Positions 18,894 through 27,954 of a stretch of 64,000 bases of DNA are shown piece by piece. Below the pieces are notes generated by a model. It saw only the letters and a list, made by a program, of their open reading frames with translations. It had not been told where the DNA came from and did not search any database. Made by a program: the position numbers and the translations under genes. Each line of letters opens with the position of its first letter. Positions within the stretch are counted from its first letter, which is position 1. The stretch lies in the NCBI GenBank assembly GCA_031414805.1, contig JANOQJ010000088.1:12882-76881 (forward strand), written 5' to 3'. The stretch comes from Comamonadaceae bacterium (GTDB taxonomy: Bacteria; Pseudomonadota; Gammaproteobacteria; Burkholderiales; Burkholderiaceae_C).

Positions 18894-20768
18894 TCAAAGC
18901 TTCAACGCGTCCAATCCCTTGATGAAGTTTCGCTTGGCTTTGTATTCTGCCCGCAGGCGTGCCAGCCACTGACCGTGGTCTGGCTGCTTCATGAGAGACG
19001 CTACTTCCGCAACCAGCTCCAACACGTCGGTGTAGGGCGTGCTGGCTTGCGGCATGCGCGCTGCGAAAACGCGGTGCAGCAGCGCCAAAGCCTCTGCCGG
19101 TTTTGTGTCGCGAATCTTTTTGGCAAGCGTGTAGAGCAATTTATCGTCACACGCATGCGGGGGCTGCACCAGCGCCAGCGCCTCATCGGTTTTGCTTTCG
19201 TGCAGCAACCAGGTCGCTCGCGTGGTGACGGATCGCCCTGTGTTTGTGGGTCTTGAAAAGTACAGGCGTGACGGCTTGGATTTCGCGTCCTGCACTTCAC
19301 GTGCCGCCACCCACTCGTACAGGGATGCGCGGTAAGTCTGGCGGTCATGCCCCGCCGCCACAGCAGCTTTCAGCACGGCGTCAAACTTCTCGGGGCTGGG
19401 GTTGTGCTCCAGGCGGGTGCGATGAATGGCCAAGGCTTCCGCGTCCCAGCCATCGCGCTCGTAGCAGCGCAGCAAGTCGTCCTGGATGCGCCAGTCTTGC
19501 GGAAAGAGTTTGCGCGCCTTGAGCGCGTAGTCCAAGGCCTCGCGCATTTTGTTCATCGACTCACACCAGGCGATCAGCTCGCTGTGTTCGTGTGCCTCCT
19601 GCAGGCTGGCAGACAGCGCTTGCAGCACGGCTGCGTCATCGCCTTGACGCTTCAGGTCTTCGATGTAGCGTCGGCGCAGCTGCGATCGCTCGGCATCCCA
19701 TCCCCCAGAAACACCCGTGAAAATCAGGCTACGTGCCTTGCGCTTGCCCTGGGCATCAAACGAGGTTTGCTCAGACATTGACTGAACACAAGCCAACCAA
19801 TCGGCTTGCACCCGCTCGCTGTAACGTTTTTGCACCAATGGCCCTGCAACTTCGAGCACGTCGGACTCGCGCCACAAGCCCCAGGGGTCGGCCTCCATCA
19901 ACGCAAACCATTCGTCCAGCCATTGCGCAGGCGGCGGCGCGGCCTTCAGTGTCTTGAGCAGCAAGGCTTGCACGCCATACATCAGGTCGCCAATCATGCC
20001 GCCCGAATCGTCAGCGTGTTCGCCCACCTTGTACAGCTTGCGCAGCGCATAGGCGCAGGCTGCGCGGCCTTGTTCGGGCGAAGCGTGTGCAATTCTCTCA
20101 AGCAGGGGATAGACCGCCTCGGCACGTCTGGCGTAGGCGTTGGATTCAGCCCAGCCATAAAAACTGCGCGACTTCTCCAACATGGTGGCAATGGCGTCTT
20201 TCCAGCCACCCGGTTCCTGCACCGCCACGCTCTGCGCATGCCACGACTTCAACACCGCCATCAGGTCGCGGTCTGTCTCGGCCAACTGCCACAGCTTCTC
20301 AGCCAAACTGGTGGCGTCCTGGGCAAACACAAAGGCCTTGAGTGCATCCCGCTTGCTGGCGACGGTGGCCTGGCGTTTTTGGGACGCTATTGATTTAATA
20401 GCTGCTTGAGCAGTATTTGCAAGGGCTGGAGCGGCATTTCCTTCTAATTTACAGCGCCAGAAGAGGCCTGCGGCCACCATGTGCTTGCAAAACGCGCCTT
20501 CTTGCGCATGCGGGCAGGTACATGCCGTGTGCAGGCCTACGTCTTCAAAATACAACTCGGTGCTGTAGGTCTGCGTGCCTTTGACCGTGAACGTTGCATT
20601 GCCTCCGCCATCACGCGGCATGCTGACCTTGCCTGCGGAAAAATAGGCATGCCCGCGTTCAAATATGTCTTCGCCCGCCATCTCACGCAGCGCATCGTCT
20701 GACAACTTTTCGGCCCAGTTGTCAGTAATCTCTGCCCAACGTGCCGCGAAGTCTTTTTTTACTGCCAT
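18894..20768 (-). CDS. SWIM zinc-finger protein with a long helical-repeat C-terminal region
   Basis: CxCx(n)CxH signature [14 protein letters not shown] near residue 90. The remainder is alpha-helical repeat-like. Repeat copy 20386..20445 is in frame just after the SWIM motif. Confidence 0.75.
   Translation of the reverse strand: MAVKKDFAARWAEITDNWAEKLSDDALREMAGEDIFERGHAYFSAGKVSMPRDGGGNATFTVKGTQTYSTELYFEDVGLHTACTCPHAQEGAFCKHMVAAGLFWRCKLEGNAAPALANTAQAAIKSIASQKRQATVASKRDALKAFVFAQDATSLAEKLWQLAETDRDLMAVLKSWHAQSVAVQEPGGWKDAIATMLEKSRSFYGWAESNAYARRAEAVYPLLERIAHASPEQGRAACAYALRKLYKVGEHADDSGGMIGDLMYGVQALLLKTLKAAPPPAQWLDEWFALMEADPWGLWRESDVLEVAGPLVQKRYSERVQADWLACVQSMSEQTSFDAQGKRKARSLIFTGVSGGWDAERSQLRRRYIEDLKRQGDDAAVLQALSASLQEAHEHSELIAWCESMNKMREALDYALKARKLFPQDWRIQDDLLRCYERDGWDAEALAIHRTRLEHNPSPEKFDAVLKAAVAAGHDRQTYRASLYEWVAAREVQDAKSKPSRLYFSRPTNTGRSVTTRATWLLHESKTDEALALVQPPHACDDKLLYTLAKKIRDTKPAEALALLHRVFAARMPQASTPYTDVLELVAEVASLMKQPDHGQWLARLRAEYKAKRNFIKGLDALKL
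20386..20445 (+). repeat. structured ~60-nt repeat, copy inside the SWIM gene
   Basis: gctattgatttaatagctgcttgagcagtatttgcaagggctggagcggcatttcc. Confidence 0.9.
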
Positions 20769-20920
20769 GCCCAGCTCCCTACTGATACATCAGGTGGCCG
20801 AAAAGACGCTGTTTATGCGGCACAACGCCCAGCACCACATACGCTTCATTACACACAGCCTGTGTGCGGTTGAATTATGCGGTTGTGGCAGGCTGGCAGT
20901 TTTCAACCGACACTTTTCGC

Positions 20921-21907
20921 ATGATTGCCTTACCTGAACTGGATCCCGGCGCGCAGATGATTTTTGTCATCAATGCGGCGGCTGGACGTCACGACGAGCA
21001 GGCCAAGCGTGACGTCATTGAGATGGCGTTGCACAAGGCCGGGCGCACGGGTGAGTTGGTGTTTGCCGAGCCTGCGCAATTGCCAGCCGCTGCACAGCGT
21101 GCTGCGCAGCAGGCGCTGGCCATGCACACAGCGATGGTGGCCGTCGGCGGCGACGGCACCATCAACACCGTGGCGCAGGCGGCACATGCAACCGGTTGTG
21201 CGATGGGCGTCGTGCCCCAAGGCACGTTCAACTATTTCGCCCGCGCACACGGCATTCCGCCCGACCCGGCCGACGCGATGCAATTGCTGTTTGACGGCGC
21301 GGTGAAGCCGGTGCAGGTGGGAACCATCAACGAGCAGATATTTTTGGTGAATGCCAGCCTCGGTCTGTACCCGCAACTGCTGGAAGACCGCGAAGCCTAC
21401 AAAGCCCGCTTTGGCCGCAGCCGCTGGGTGGCGTTGGGCGCGGCCTGCCTGACGCTGCTGCGGGCGCACCGCCAGTTGCAGCTGCACATTGACTTGGGCG
21501 ATCAGGGGCGTGATGTGCGCACACCCACGCTGTTTGTGGGCAACAACCGGCTGCAACTGGAGCAGGTCGGCGTGCCCGTGGCGTTGTGCCCGGTACGCGG
21601 TTTTGACAACGGCCGCGTGTCGGCGGTGATGCTTCGTGCCAGTAGCACGTGGGACATGATGCGGGTGATGTTGCACGGTGCAATCGGTCGGTTGGGCGAA
21701 GCCGAGGGTGTGGAGAGTTTTGAGTTTGACCGCATGCGCATCAAACCGCGACTGGCGTACGGCGCGCGCAAGGTCAAGGTTGCGTTTGATGGCGAGGTCA
21801 AGTGGATGCCGTGGCCCATCGAGTTTGCTGTGCCCGAGAAACCTTTGTACTTAGTGATGCCCCGAGCAGGCGACGCGTCGGCTCCCGAGCAGCAGGCGCC
21901 CGCATGA
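20921..21907 (+). CDS. diacylglycerol/lipid kinase family protein (YegS-like)
   Basis: FVINAAAG start of the DAGK catalytic domain and VAVGGDGTINTV. Several alternative in-frame starts exist (20864, 20921, 20957). Confidence 0.75.
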   Translation: MIALPELDPGAQMIFVINAAAGRHDEQAKRDVIEMALHKAGRTGELVFAEPAQLPAAAQRAAQQALAMHTAMVAVGGDGTINTVAQAAHATGCAMGVVPQGTFNYFARAHGIPPDPADAMQLLFDGAVKPVQVGTINEQIFLVNASLGLYPQLLEDREAYKARFGRSRWVALGAACLTLLRAHRQLQLHIDLGDQGRDVRTPTLFVGNNRLQLEQVGVPVALCPVRGFDNGRVSAVMLRASSTWDMMRVMLHGAIGRLGEAEGVESFEFDRMRIKPRLAYGARKVKVAFDGEVKWMPWPIEFAVPEKPLYLVMPRAGDASAPEQQAPA

Positions 21908-22713
21908 CGGTGCTGCTGCAAATTTCAGACACGCACTTTGGCACCGAGCAACCCGCCGTCGTGCAAGCTTTGCTGGCGCTGGCCGCGCAACAGCGGCCTG
22001 ACCTGGTCGTGCTGTCCGGCGACATCACCCAGCGCGCGCGGCCCTCGCAGTTTCGCGCTGCACGATCGTTTGCCGACCAACTGGGCGCGCCAGTATTGGC
22101 CATTCCCGGTAACCACGACATTGCCCTGTTTAACCTGATGGCCCGCGCGCTCTACCCCTACGCGGCCTATACCAATGCGTTTGGGCATGACCTGGAGCCG
22201 GTCTTTACTTCCGCGCAGTTGATGGTGGTGGGTGTGAAGACCACGCGCCGCTACCGCCACAAGCATGGCGAGGTGTCAGCCGATCAGGTCCAGCGCGTGG
22301 CCCAATTGCTGCAAACCGCCACCCCGGATCAGCTGCGCGTGGTGGTGGTGCACCAACCAATCGCCGTGGCCCACCCGTCGGACGTGAACAACCGCTTACG
22401 CGGGCATGCCGATGCACAGCGAACCTGGGCAGCGGCGGGCGCAGACATCGTGATGAGCGGACACATTCACCTGTCGTATGTACTGCCGCTCACGGATCTG
22501 CCGCGCCCCATGTGGGTGGTGCAAGCCGGAACCGCTGTTTCACGGCGGCTGCGCCAGGGGTTGCCCAATTCAGTGAATCTGCTGCGTTGGAGCGGGGCGG
22601 GTTCAGGCGGGCGTTGTCTGGTTGAGCAGTGGGACTATGTTGCGGCGCTGGAAACTTTTGGCTTGGTAAACGTCACTGACATTGCGCCTGCAAGGGCAGT
22701 ACAAACTACATAG
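21904..22713 (+). CDS. metallophosphoesterase (calcineurin-like)
   Basis: ISDTHFG, SGDIT, GNHD and GHIH motifs. ATGA overlap with the upstream kinase stop. Confidence 0.8.
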   Translation: MTVLLQISDTHFGTEQPAVVQALLALAAQQRPDLVVLSGDITQRARPSQFRAARSFADQLGAPVLAIPGNHDIALFNLMARALYPYAAYTNAFGHDLEPVFTSAQLMVVGVKTTRRYRHKHGEVSADQVQRVAQLLQTATPDQLRVVVVHQPIAVAHPSDVNNRLRGHADAQRTWAAAGADIVMSGHIHLSYVLPLTDLPRPMWVVQAGTAVSRRLRQGLPNSVNLLRWSGAGSGGRCLVEQWDYVAALETFGLVNVTDIAPARAVQTT

Positions 22714-22723
22714 AAAGCATTTT

Positions 22724-23206
22724 GTGGAAACAACCGCTTTATGGGTGCTCTGCGGAGCGTTGATTTTGGTGGGCTTGGCGGGCACCGTGCTGCCCGCCCT
22801 GCCGGGCACGTTGTTTGTGCTGGCGGGCATTGTGCTGGGTGCATGGATTGACGATTTCACCCGCGTCACCTGGGTCACGGTGACCGCCGTGAGCGTGCTG
22901 GCCGCGCTGGCCTGGGTGCTGGACTACGTGGCCGGGCTGTTGGGCGCGCGCAAGGTCGGGGCCAGCCGGCAGGCCATCATTGGCGCCGTCATCGGCACAG
23001 TGGCCGGTGTTTTCATGGGCCTGGTGGGCGTGCTGTTCATGCCGTTGGTGGGCGCTGCGGCGGGTGAATACATCGCCCAAAAAGACCGCGATCGGGCGGT
23101 CAAAGTGGGCGTTGCCACCTGGCTGGGCATCATGGCCGGTCTGGTTGCCAAGGTCGTGATCGCCCTCATGATGATTGGCATCTTTGTGGTGGCATTGATT
23201 TTTTAA
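22724..23206 (+). CDS. DUF456-like small membrane protein
   Basis: Four hydrophobic helices and G/A-rich segments. GTG 22724 inside ORF 22682..23206; the start is uncertain. Confidence 0.55.
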   Translation: METTALWVLCGALILVGLAGTVLPALPGTLFVLAGIVLGAWIDDFTRVTWVTVTAVSVLAALAWVLDYVAGLLGARKVGASRQAIIGAVIGTVAGVFMGLVGVLFMPLVGAAAGEYIAQKDRDRAVKVGVATWLGIMAGLVAKVVIALMMIGIFVVALIF

Positions 23207-23214
23207 AGAGAGGC

Positions 23215-23589
23215 TTGGCAATGAGAACTTTGATTTGGGCCATTGCCGCCATCGTGGCAGTGCTGGTCACCCTCACCGTGCTGGTCTTGGCATCGGCCAT
23301 TGGCTGGATGGTTGACCTGACGCCTGGCGCGCTGGAAAGCGTGGGCCGTGTGGCGCAATGGCCAGTACCCGCATGGCTGGCCCTGTGGGTTGACCCGGCG
23401 CAAGTCGAGCAGGTGCTGGGTCAGTTGTCCAAATGGCTACAAACCGCCGCCACACAAGCCCCATGGCTGTCGTCGTTGCTGGGCTGGATCGTTCCCGTGC
23501 TGTGGGGCTTCTGGGCCCTGGTGATGCTGTGCCTGCTGGCCCTGACGGGGCTGGTGCATGCGCTGGTGGGTAAGAGCATGGCCAGTTAG
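23215..23589 (+). CDS. membrane protein, unknown function
   Basis: 124-aa ORF with N- and C-terminal hydrophobic helices. Starts 8 nt after the previous gene. Confidence 0.5.
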   Translation: MAMRTLIWAIAAIVAVLVTLTVLVLASAIGWMVDLTPGALESVGRVAQWPVPAWLALWVDPAQVEQVLGQLSKWLQTAATQAPWLSSLLGWIVPVLWGFWALVMLCLLALTGLVHALVGKSMAS

Positions 23590-23638
23590 TGCTACGGCCC
23601 GAAGAAGTATCAATAGTGTGTGGCTCCGAGGAATAGTC

Positions 23639-23702
23639 GCTACTAAATCAATAGCTGCTTGAGCAGTATTCGCAAGGGCTAGTGGCCGATTTGGCACTAA
23701 AA
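23639..23702 (+). repeat. structured ~60-nt repeat, intergenic
   Basis: gctactaaatcaatagctgcttgagcagtattcgcaagggctagtggccgatttggcactaaaa. Confidence 0.9.
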
Positions 23703-23708
23703 CGGCAT

Positions 23709-23781
23709 GTTTTGCGCCCTCCCCTCCCGGGGAGGGCTGGGGTGGAGCCGGCTGTTCAACTGCCCGGCTCGCGTGACTTGG
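23709..23781 (+). repeat. second repeat module (C-rich hairpin plus gttcaact...gacttgg), copy A
   Basis: gttttgcgccctcccctcccggggaggg...tgttcaactgcccggctcgcgtgacttgg is roughly 75% similar by eye to 25792..25866. Confidence 0.7.
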
Positions 23782-23892
23782 CACGACCGAGTGTGGTGTT
23801 GCATTCTTCCTGCAAGATAAGAATGCGTCCATTCCCCGATCAATGCAATTGTGTTCAACATGCCGCCACACCCAAACCCGGTTTACTGACTG

Positions 23893-25707
23893 ATGCAGAA
23901 CAACCACCCGACGCCCGCAGCAACTTCACCCCTCAGCTTGTCGCTCAGCGATCTCAGCATGGCGGGTCGGCTACGGCTGCTGGAAATTGCCTATGCCAGA
24001 TTCAGATTTGGCCTGTTTGCCATGCCCTTGGTGGCAGGTCTGTTTGCCTGGTACTACCGGCAAAGCAGCAGCGATTCGCGCGTCTTGATCTGGGCGGTTT
24101 GCTATGTTGGTGTTTCAGCACTAGCCGTGGTGCAATACAAAATTTACCAGCGCGACTGGCAGCGCCTGTCTGCGCAAGACATGTTCAATCGATGGCTGCC
24201 GCGCATCGAAACCACCGCCCTGCTGCACGGGTTTGGTCTGGCTTTGGTGCTGCCGCTGGTGGCTCAAACAGCGTCCATCGAATTCAAATACCTCTACCTG
24301 GTCACGCTGACCGCCATCATGGCGAGCAACGGCATTGACCAATCGCCCATGGTGAGCGTGTTCCACCGGTTTCTGATTTCAGGGTGGCATGTGACCGTGT
24401 TGATGATTCCCTGGTCTTTTCCCGACCACTGGCCGTTTTTGCTGCCTCTGACGGCTATTTTCGGTGCCATGAAATACTGGAACTCCACAGACTCCAGCAA
24501 CTTTTTTACCCAGCTTGTCTGGCATGAAGAAGAAGGCAAACGCCTGGTGACGGTTTACAAGGCGGCCAACGAAGAGGCTGCCCGGGCATTGAATGAGAAA
24601 AACCTCTTCCTGGCGACCGCCAGCCACGACCTGCGCCAGCCCATCCATGCCATGTCGATGCTGGTCGAAGCCATCCGGTTGCGCAGCCATGACAGTGCCG
24701 TGCAGCCACTGCTGACCGACTTGAAAAGCAGCATGAATTCAATGAACCAAATGTTCAATTCGCTGTTGGATTTGTCCAAGCTTGAAGCCGGGCAATTGCA
24801 TAGCCATGCGCAGACGCTGCCGCTGGCCCCTTACTTGCGCGAGTGCGTAGACATGTTTCGTGAGCTGGCCGCCTCAAATGGGCTGCAACTGCGGCTACGC
24901 CTGCCCGAGCGCGAAGCGTTTGTCTTTGCCGACCCTGCCCTGCTGCGGCAAGCACTGGTCAATTTAACCCATAACGCGGTGCGATTTACCCAAAGTGGCG
25001 GTGTTCTGATCGGGCTGCGCCGACGCCGCAATGCCTGGTTGATTGAGGTGTGGGACACCGGCATGGGAATTGCCACGCAAGACGCCAATCAAGTATTCAG
25101 CCCGTATTACCGAAGCGAGCTGGCTTGGCAAATTGACAGCGCCGGGCACGGCCTGGGCCTGGCCGTGGTGGCGCGCTGCGCCAAGTTGATGAACGCCACC
25201 TACGGCGTGTCCTCCCGTATGGGCAAGGGCTCTTGTTTTTGGTTGCAGCTGGCTGAGGCGGTTCACATCCCGCCCGATCGCTTCGGCGCGCCTACCGCAC
25301 ACCCTGCAGCACAAGCTGGTCAAGGCCAGCAGCTGGTCGGCAAGTGCCTGGTGCTTGACGACGACATACGCGTGATTGCAGCCTGGCGGGCCATGCTGGA
25401 AGGCTGGGGTGTTCAGGGGCGTTACGCCGCAAATGCTTTAGAAGCCATCGCGCATCTTGACGCAGGCTTCACGCCAGATGCCATTTTTTGCGATCAACGG
25501 CTGCGCTCGGGTGAAAGCGGACTGGATGTTTTCAAAGCGCTGCTGTTGCGCTGCCCGACCGCAAGTGGCGCCATGGTCAGCGGAGAGTTCAACTCGCCGG
25601 AATTGACGAAAGCCGAAAACGATGGCTATCTGGTGCTGCGCAAACCGCTGGACTTGACCGAACTGCGTGCCATTTTGGAGACGTGGCTTCAAAAGGCCCA
25701 GGGTTGA
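23893..25707 (+). CDS. hybrid sensor histidine kinase / response regulator (membrane N-terminal sensor)
   Basis: H-box ASHDLRQPIHAM, N-box LTHNAVRFT and G-boxes DTGMGI and GHGLGL. C-terminal receiver domain (LVLDDD...FCDQRL...LRKP). About 6 N-terminal TM helices. Confidence 0.88.
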   Translation: MQNNHPTPAATSPLSLSLSDLSMAGRLRLLEIAYARFRFGLFAMPLVAGLFAWYYRQSSSDSRVLIWAVCYVGVSALAVVQYKIYQRDWQRLSAQDMFNRWLPRIETTALLHGFGLALVLPLVAQTASIEFKYLYLVTLTAIMASNGIDQSPMVSVFHRFLISGWHVTVLMIPWSFPDHWPFLLPLTAIFGAMKYWNSTDSSNFFTQLVWHEEEGKRLVTVYKAANEEAARALNEKNLFLATASHDLRQPIHAMSMLVEAIRLRSHDSAVQPLLTDLKSSMNSMNQMFNSLLDLSKLEAGQLHSHAQTLPLAPYLRECVDMFRELAASNGLQLRLRLPEREAFVFADPALLRQALVNLTHNAVRFTQSGGVLIGLRRRRNAWLIEVWDTGMGIATQDANQVFSPYYRSELAWQIDSAGHGLGLAVVARCAKLMNATYGVSSRMGKGSCFWLQLAEAVHIPPDRFGAPTAHPAAQAGQGQQLVGKCLVLDDDIRVIAAWRAMLEGWGVQGRYAANALEAIAHLDAGFTPDAIFCDQRLRSGESGLDVFKALLLRCPTASGAMVSGEFNSPELTKAENDGYLVLRKPLDLTELRAILETWLQKAQG

Positions 25708-25720
25708 GTCGTATTCAAGC

Positions 25721-25784
25721 GCTATCGAATACGTAGCTGCCTGAGCAATCAATTCAAAGGCTGTAGCCGTATTTGGCAGTGAAC
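25721..25784 (+). repeat. structured ~60-nt repeat, diverged intergenic copy
   Basis: gctatcgaatacgtagctgcctgagcaatcaattcaaaggctgtagccgtatttggcagtgaac. Confidence 0.75.
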
Positions 25785-25791
25785 TGAGCCA

Positions 25792-25866
25792 GTTTTGCTT
25801 CCTCCCCTCCCCTCCCGGGGGCAGGTGTGGGTCAGGTTGTTCAACTCCCCTGTTCGCTTGACTTGG
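25792..25866 (+). repeat. second repeat module, copy B
   Basis: gttttgcttcctcccctcccctcccggggg...tgttcaactcccctgttcgcttgacttgg. Confidence 0.7.
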
Positions 25867-26053
25867 TTGGCAAGCGACGGCCAGCGGGGTATGCGCTGGA
25901 GAAAATCTTCGCAATCACGCGAATCGGGTTTTGTAGGACTTTGAAGTCCGCGCCGCGCCTTGCTGCGATTTTTCCATCCCACACCCGACTGCCCTGCGTA
26001 ACGGAAATTGTTGGACCGGCGGGGAAACGATCCGGTCGCCGCGTCGATTGGGA

Positions 26054-27172
26054 TCAACCGAACTCCATCATTGACTCACTTGCTCGTACTCGAATCCAGC
26101 CCAGGAGGGCCAAATTTCGAACTGCGTCAGCGACCGCATCTTTCTTTCCCGGAGTATTCCAAGCCTTCTTCCAATCGAGTACATAGTCAAATATCTGTTG
26201 CTCCTCCACTATGGCTGTCCTGTCGCCCTTCTTAACCTGTCGACTCGCAAAGAGAACCGTGAGCACTTCTTCGGCTTGCTCTGTGTTTTTGATCCGGCTA
26301 AACAAGTCAACAGTCTTGTCGATCGTCTTACGGTGCCGATCAATGTCAAGTGCAAACTTGCTGCGTTCCCTCTCAAACTGTTCGCCTACGGTCAATACGA
26401 CCATCCTTCCAAGCGGTTTTTCCTGGAGCCAGTTTCTATTGGCAAAGTCATGCAACACAGGTTTCACATCAGCTGAGAACGGGCCGTAACTGCCTTTGCC
26501 AAATTCGAAACCAGTCGTGACGCCCAGTTCAGTAACGACGTAGCAGATCTTCTGAAAGATTGTTCGACCCACCGGCGGCGCATACGGCTGACCTTGAAGT
26601 TCTCTCAGCACTTCCATAAGCGTTACCCAGCCAGGATTCATTTTTTCGTGCTTGCGCCCTTTTCCTTCCAAAGAGAGCTGAGCGGGCGCGGCGAGGAAAT
26701 CGGTCTTCAACTCGGCACTAGGCGTCCCGTAAGGGGCGAAAACCTCGATGTCGATTGGAAGGCAGTGGAGTTTGCGATAGATGAGTGGCCCGACCTCAGA
26801 CCACTCAAGTCCGCCGTTGCCGCAACCAAGAGGGGGCATAGAAATGCTCTCAATGCCCCAGCCTTGATAGTGATTAGCCAAATACGTTAGACCATGGTCG
26901 ATATCGATAAGGCGCGACGCGGAGCGCCAGTGATCCTTTGTCGGGAAGTTAAGAATGCGGAGCCCCGACCTGTCCTCGTAGAGGTAAGGTTCGCCAAGCC
27001 GAACCATCTTCCGTGCACACCTCTGTGCGTAGTCCTCAAACATGCCAGGAAAACGCTCCTTAAATTTGAGCGCGACCCCCTTGCCCATCACACCGACACA
27101 GTTGACTGTGTTCACAATTGTTTGCGCATCGGTGGCGAACATGTCGCCGATAAGTGCCTTGAAGTTTCCCAT
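26054..27172 (-). CDS. darG: DarG-type macrodomain antitoxin (DNA ADP-ribosyl glycohydrolase)
   Basis: N-terminal macrodomain motifs NTVNCVGVMGKGVALKF and PPLGCGNGGL, plus a ~200-aa C-terminal domain. Starts 6 nt downstream of darT. Confidence 0.8.
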   Translation of the reverse strand: MGNFKALIGDMFATDAQTIVNTVNCVGVMGKGVALKFKERFPGMFEDYAQRCARKMVRLGEPYLYEDRSGLRILNFPTKDHWRSASRLIDIDHGLTYLANHYQGWGIESISMPPLGCGNGGLEWSEVGPLIYRKLHCLPIDIEVFAPYGTPSAELKTDFLAAPAQLSLEGKGRKHEKMNPGWVTLMEVLRELQGQPYAPPVGRTIFQKICYVVTELGVTTGFEFGKGSYGPFSADVKPVLHDFANRNWLQEKPLGRMVVLTVGEQFERERSKFALDIDRHRKTIDKTVDLFSRIKNTEQAEEVLTVLFASRQVKKGDRTAIVEEQQIFDYVLDWKKAWNTPGKKDAVADAVRNLALLGWIRVRASESMMEFG

Positions 27173-27178
27173 ATGACG

Positions 27179-27772
27179 CTACCGGAAAAAGAAATCAGGA
27201 TTAATGTTTATAGGGAGGGCAAAGCCTTCTTCGACCAGGGTCATCCGAGCGGCCTCATTCGGTACATACGCCCCAATCAGCATAGACGCTTGGACAAGAT
27301 TCGGAATCAGCACCTCAGCACACTTGCGCGACTTGTGGCGATATCCACGTATCGCGTCATCAGGATGTGTCCAGTCACGGGCAAAGATGTCATCGAAGTC
27401 GAGATATCGCCATTGCGACGGAGCGAGGAATCGAACGTAGTCGCTCGCAGCATTCTGATCGGTGATCGCTACTCCCCGTAGTTGCAGGACTCCGACCGAG
27501 ACGCGGAGAACGCACACATCTTCGTTTCGCCGCTTGTAAAGCATCGGATTTCGCGCGTGGAAGTAGAGATTGGCGTACTGATGCAACTTCAGCCCACCCG
27601 GGACTGCCTTTACGTCTCGTTTGTCCTGTATGACTTGCATCGCCACGCTGTGATGCTTCAGCTTCGAAGCGCCTTCATGCGACAGGATGCCATGCGCAAG
27701 TACCGAAGGAATGTTCCCAATGGGCATGATGCAATGTAGTTCAGAGACTCGGTTGTCCATGCTCGTATTCAT
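27179..27772 (-). CDS. darT: DarT-type (DUF4433) ssDNA thymidine ADP-ribosyltransferase toxin
   Basis: HCIMPIGNIPSVLAHGIL, YANLYFHARNPMLY and catalytic-type CAEVLIP motifs. ATG 27772 is preceded by aagggatc. The longer ORF to 27928 was rejected. Confidence 0.78.
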   Translation of the reverse strand: MNTSMDNRVSELHCIMPIGNIPSVLAHGILSHEGASKLKHHSVAMQVIQDKRDVKAVPGGLKLHQYANLYFHARNPMLYKRRNEDVCVLRVSVGVLQLRGVAITDQNAASDYVRFLAPSQWRYLDFDDIFARDWTHPDDAIRGYRHKSRKCAEVLIPNLVQASMLIGAYVPNEAARMTLVEEGFALPININPDFFFR

Positions 27773-27861
27773 GATCCCTTTTTTGCGTCTCAGGATGTAG
27801 CGTGCTCCTACAGAACCTACGCCAAATCCACTTGCGCGCTTCTTGACAGCATAACCAAAAA

Positions 27862-27877
27862 CTGTATTTGTGTACAG
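27862..27877. promoter_or_regulatory. consensus LexA (SOS) box CTGT-N8-ACAG in the darTG promoter region
   Basis: aaCTGTatttgtgtACAGtt lies about 90 nt upstream of the darT ATG. On the minus strand it overlaps a candidate -35 TGTACA, and a candidate -10 TATGCT begins 9 nt past it (17-nt spacer between the hexamers). Confidence 0.55.
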
Positions 27878-27954
27878 TTGTGGTAGGTGGGCGCCACCGA
27901 CTGTCACAAGCGCGCAAACGAAACACAACCCCCTTGCTCAATCGGGTGCTAAAT

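Noticed and set aside
25838-25866. ggttgttcaactcccc resembles a tRNA T-arm (GGTTCAAATCC).
   Set aside because: There is no complementary T-stem, acceptor stem or anticodon arm around it. It is part of the second repeat module, which is also present at 23709..23781.
26014-26038. Hairpin GACCGG-N11-CCGGTC downstream of darG, considered as a terminator.
   Set aside because: No clear T-run follows it on the transcribed (minus) strand. It was left uncalled.
27773-27928. N-terminal extension of the darT ORF back to ATG 27928.
   Set aside because: The extension carries no DarT homology and would place the LexA box and promoter-like hexamers inside the CDS. ATG 27772 has a purine-rich upstream sequence.
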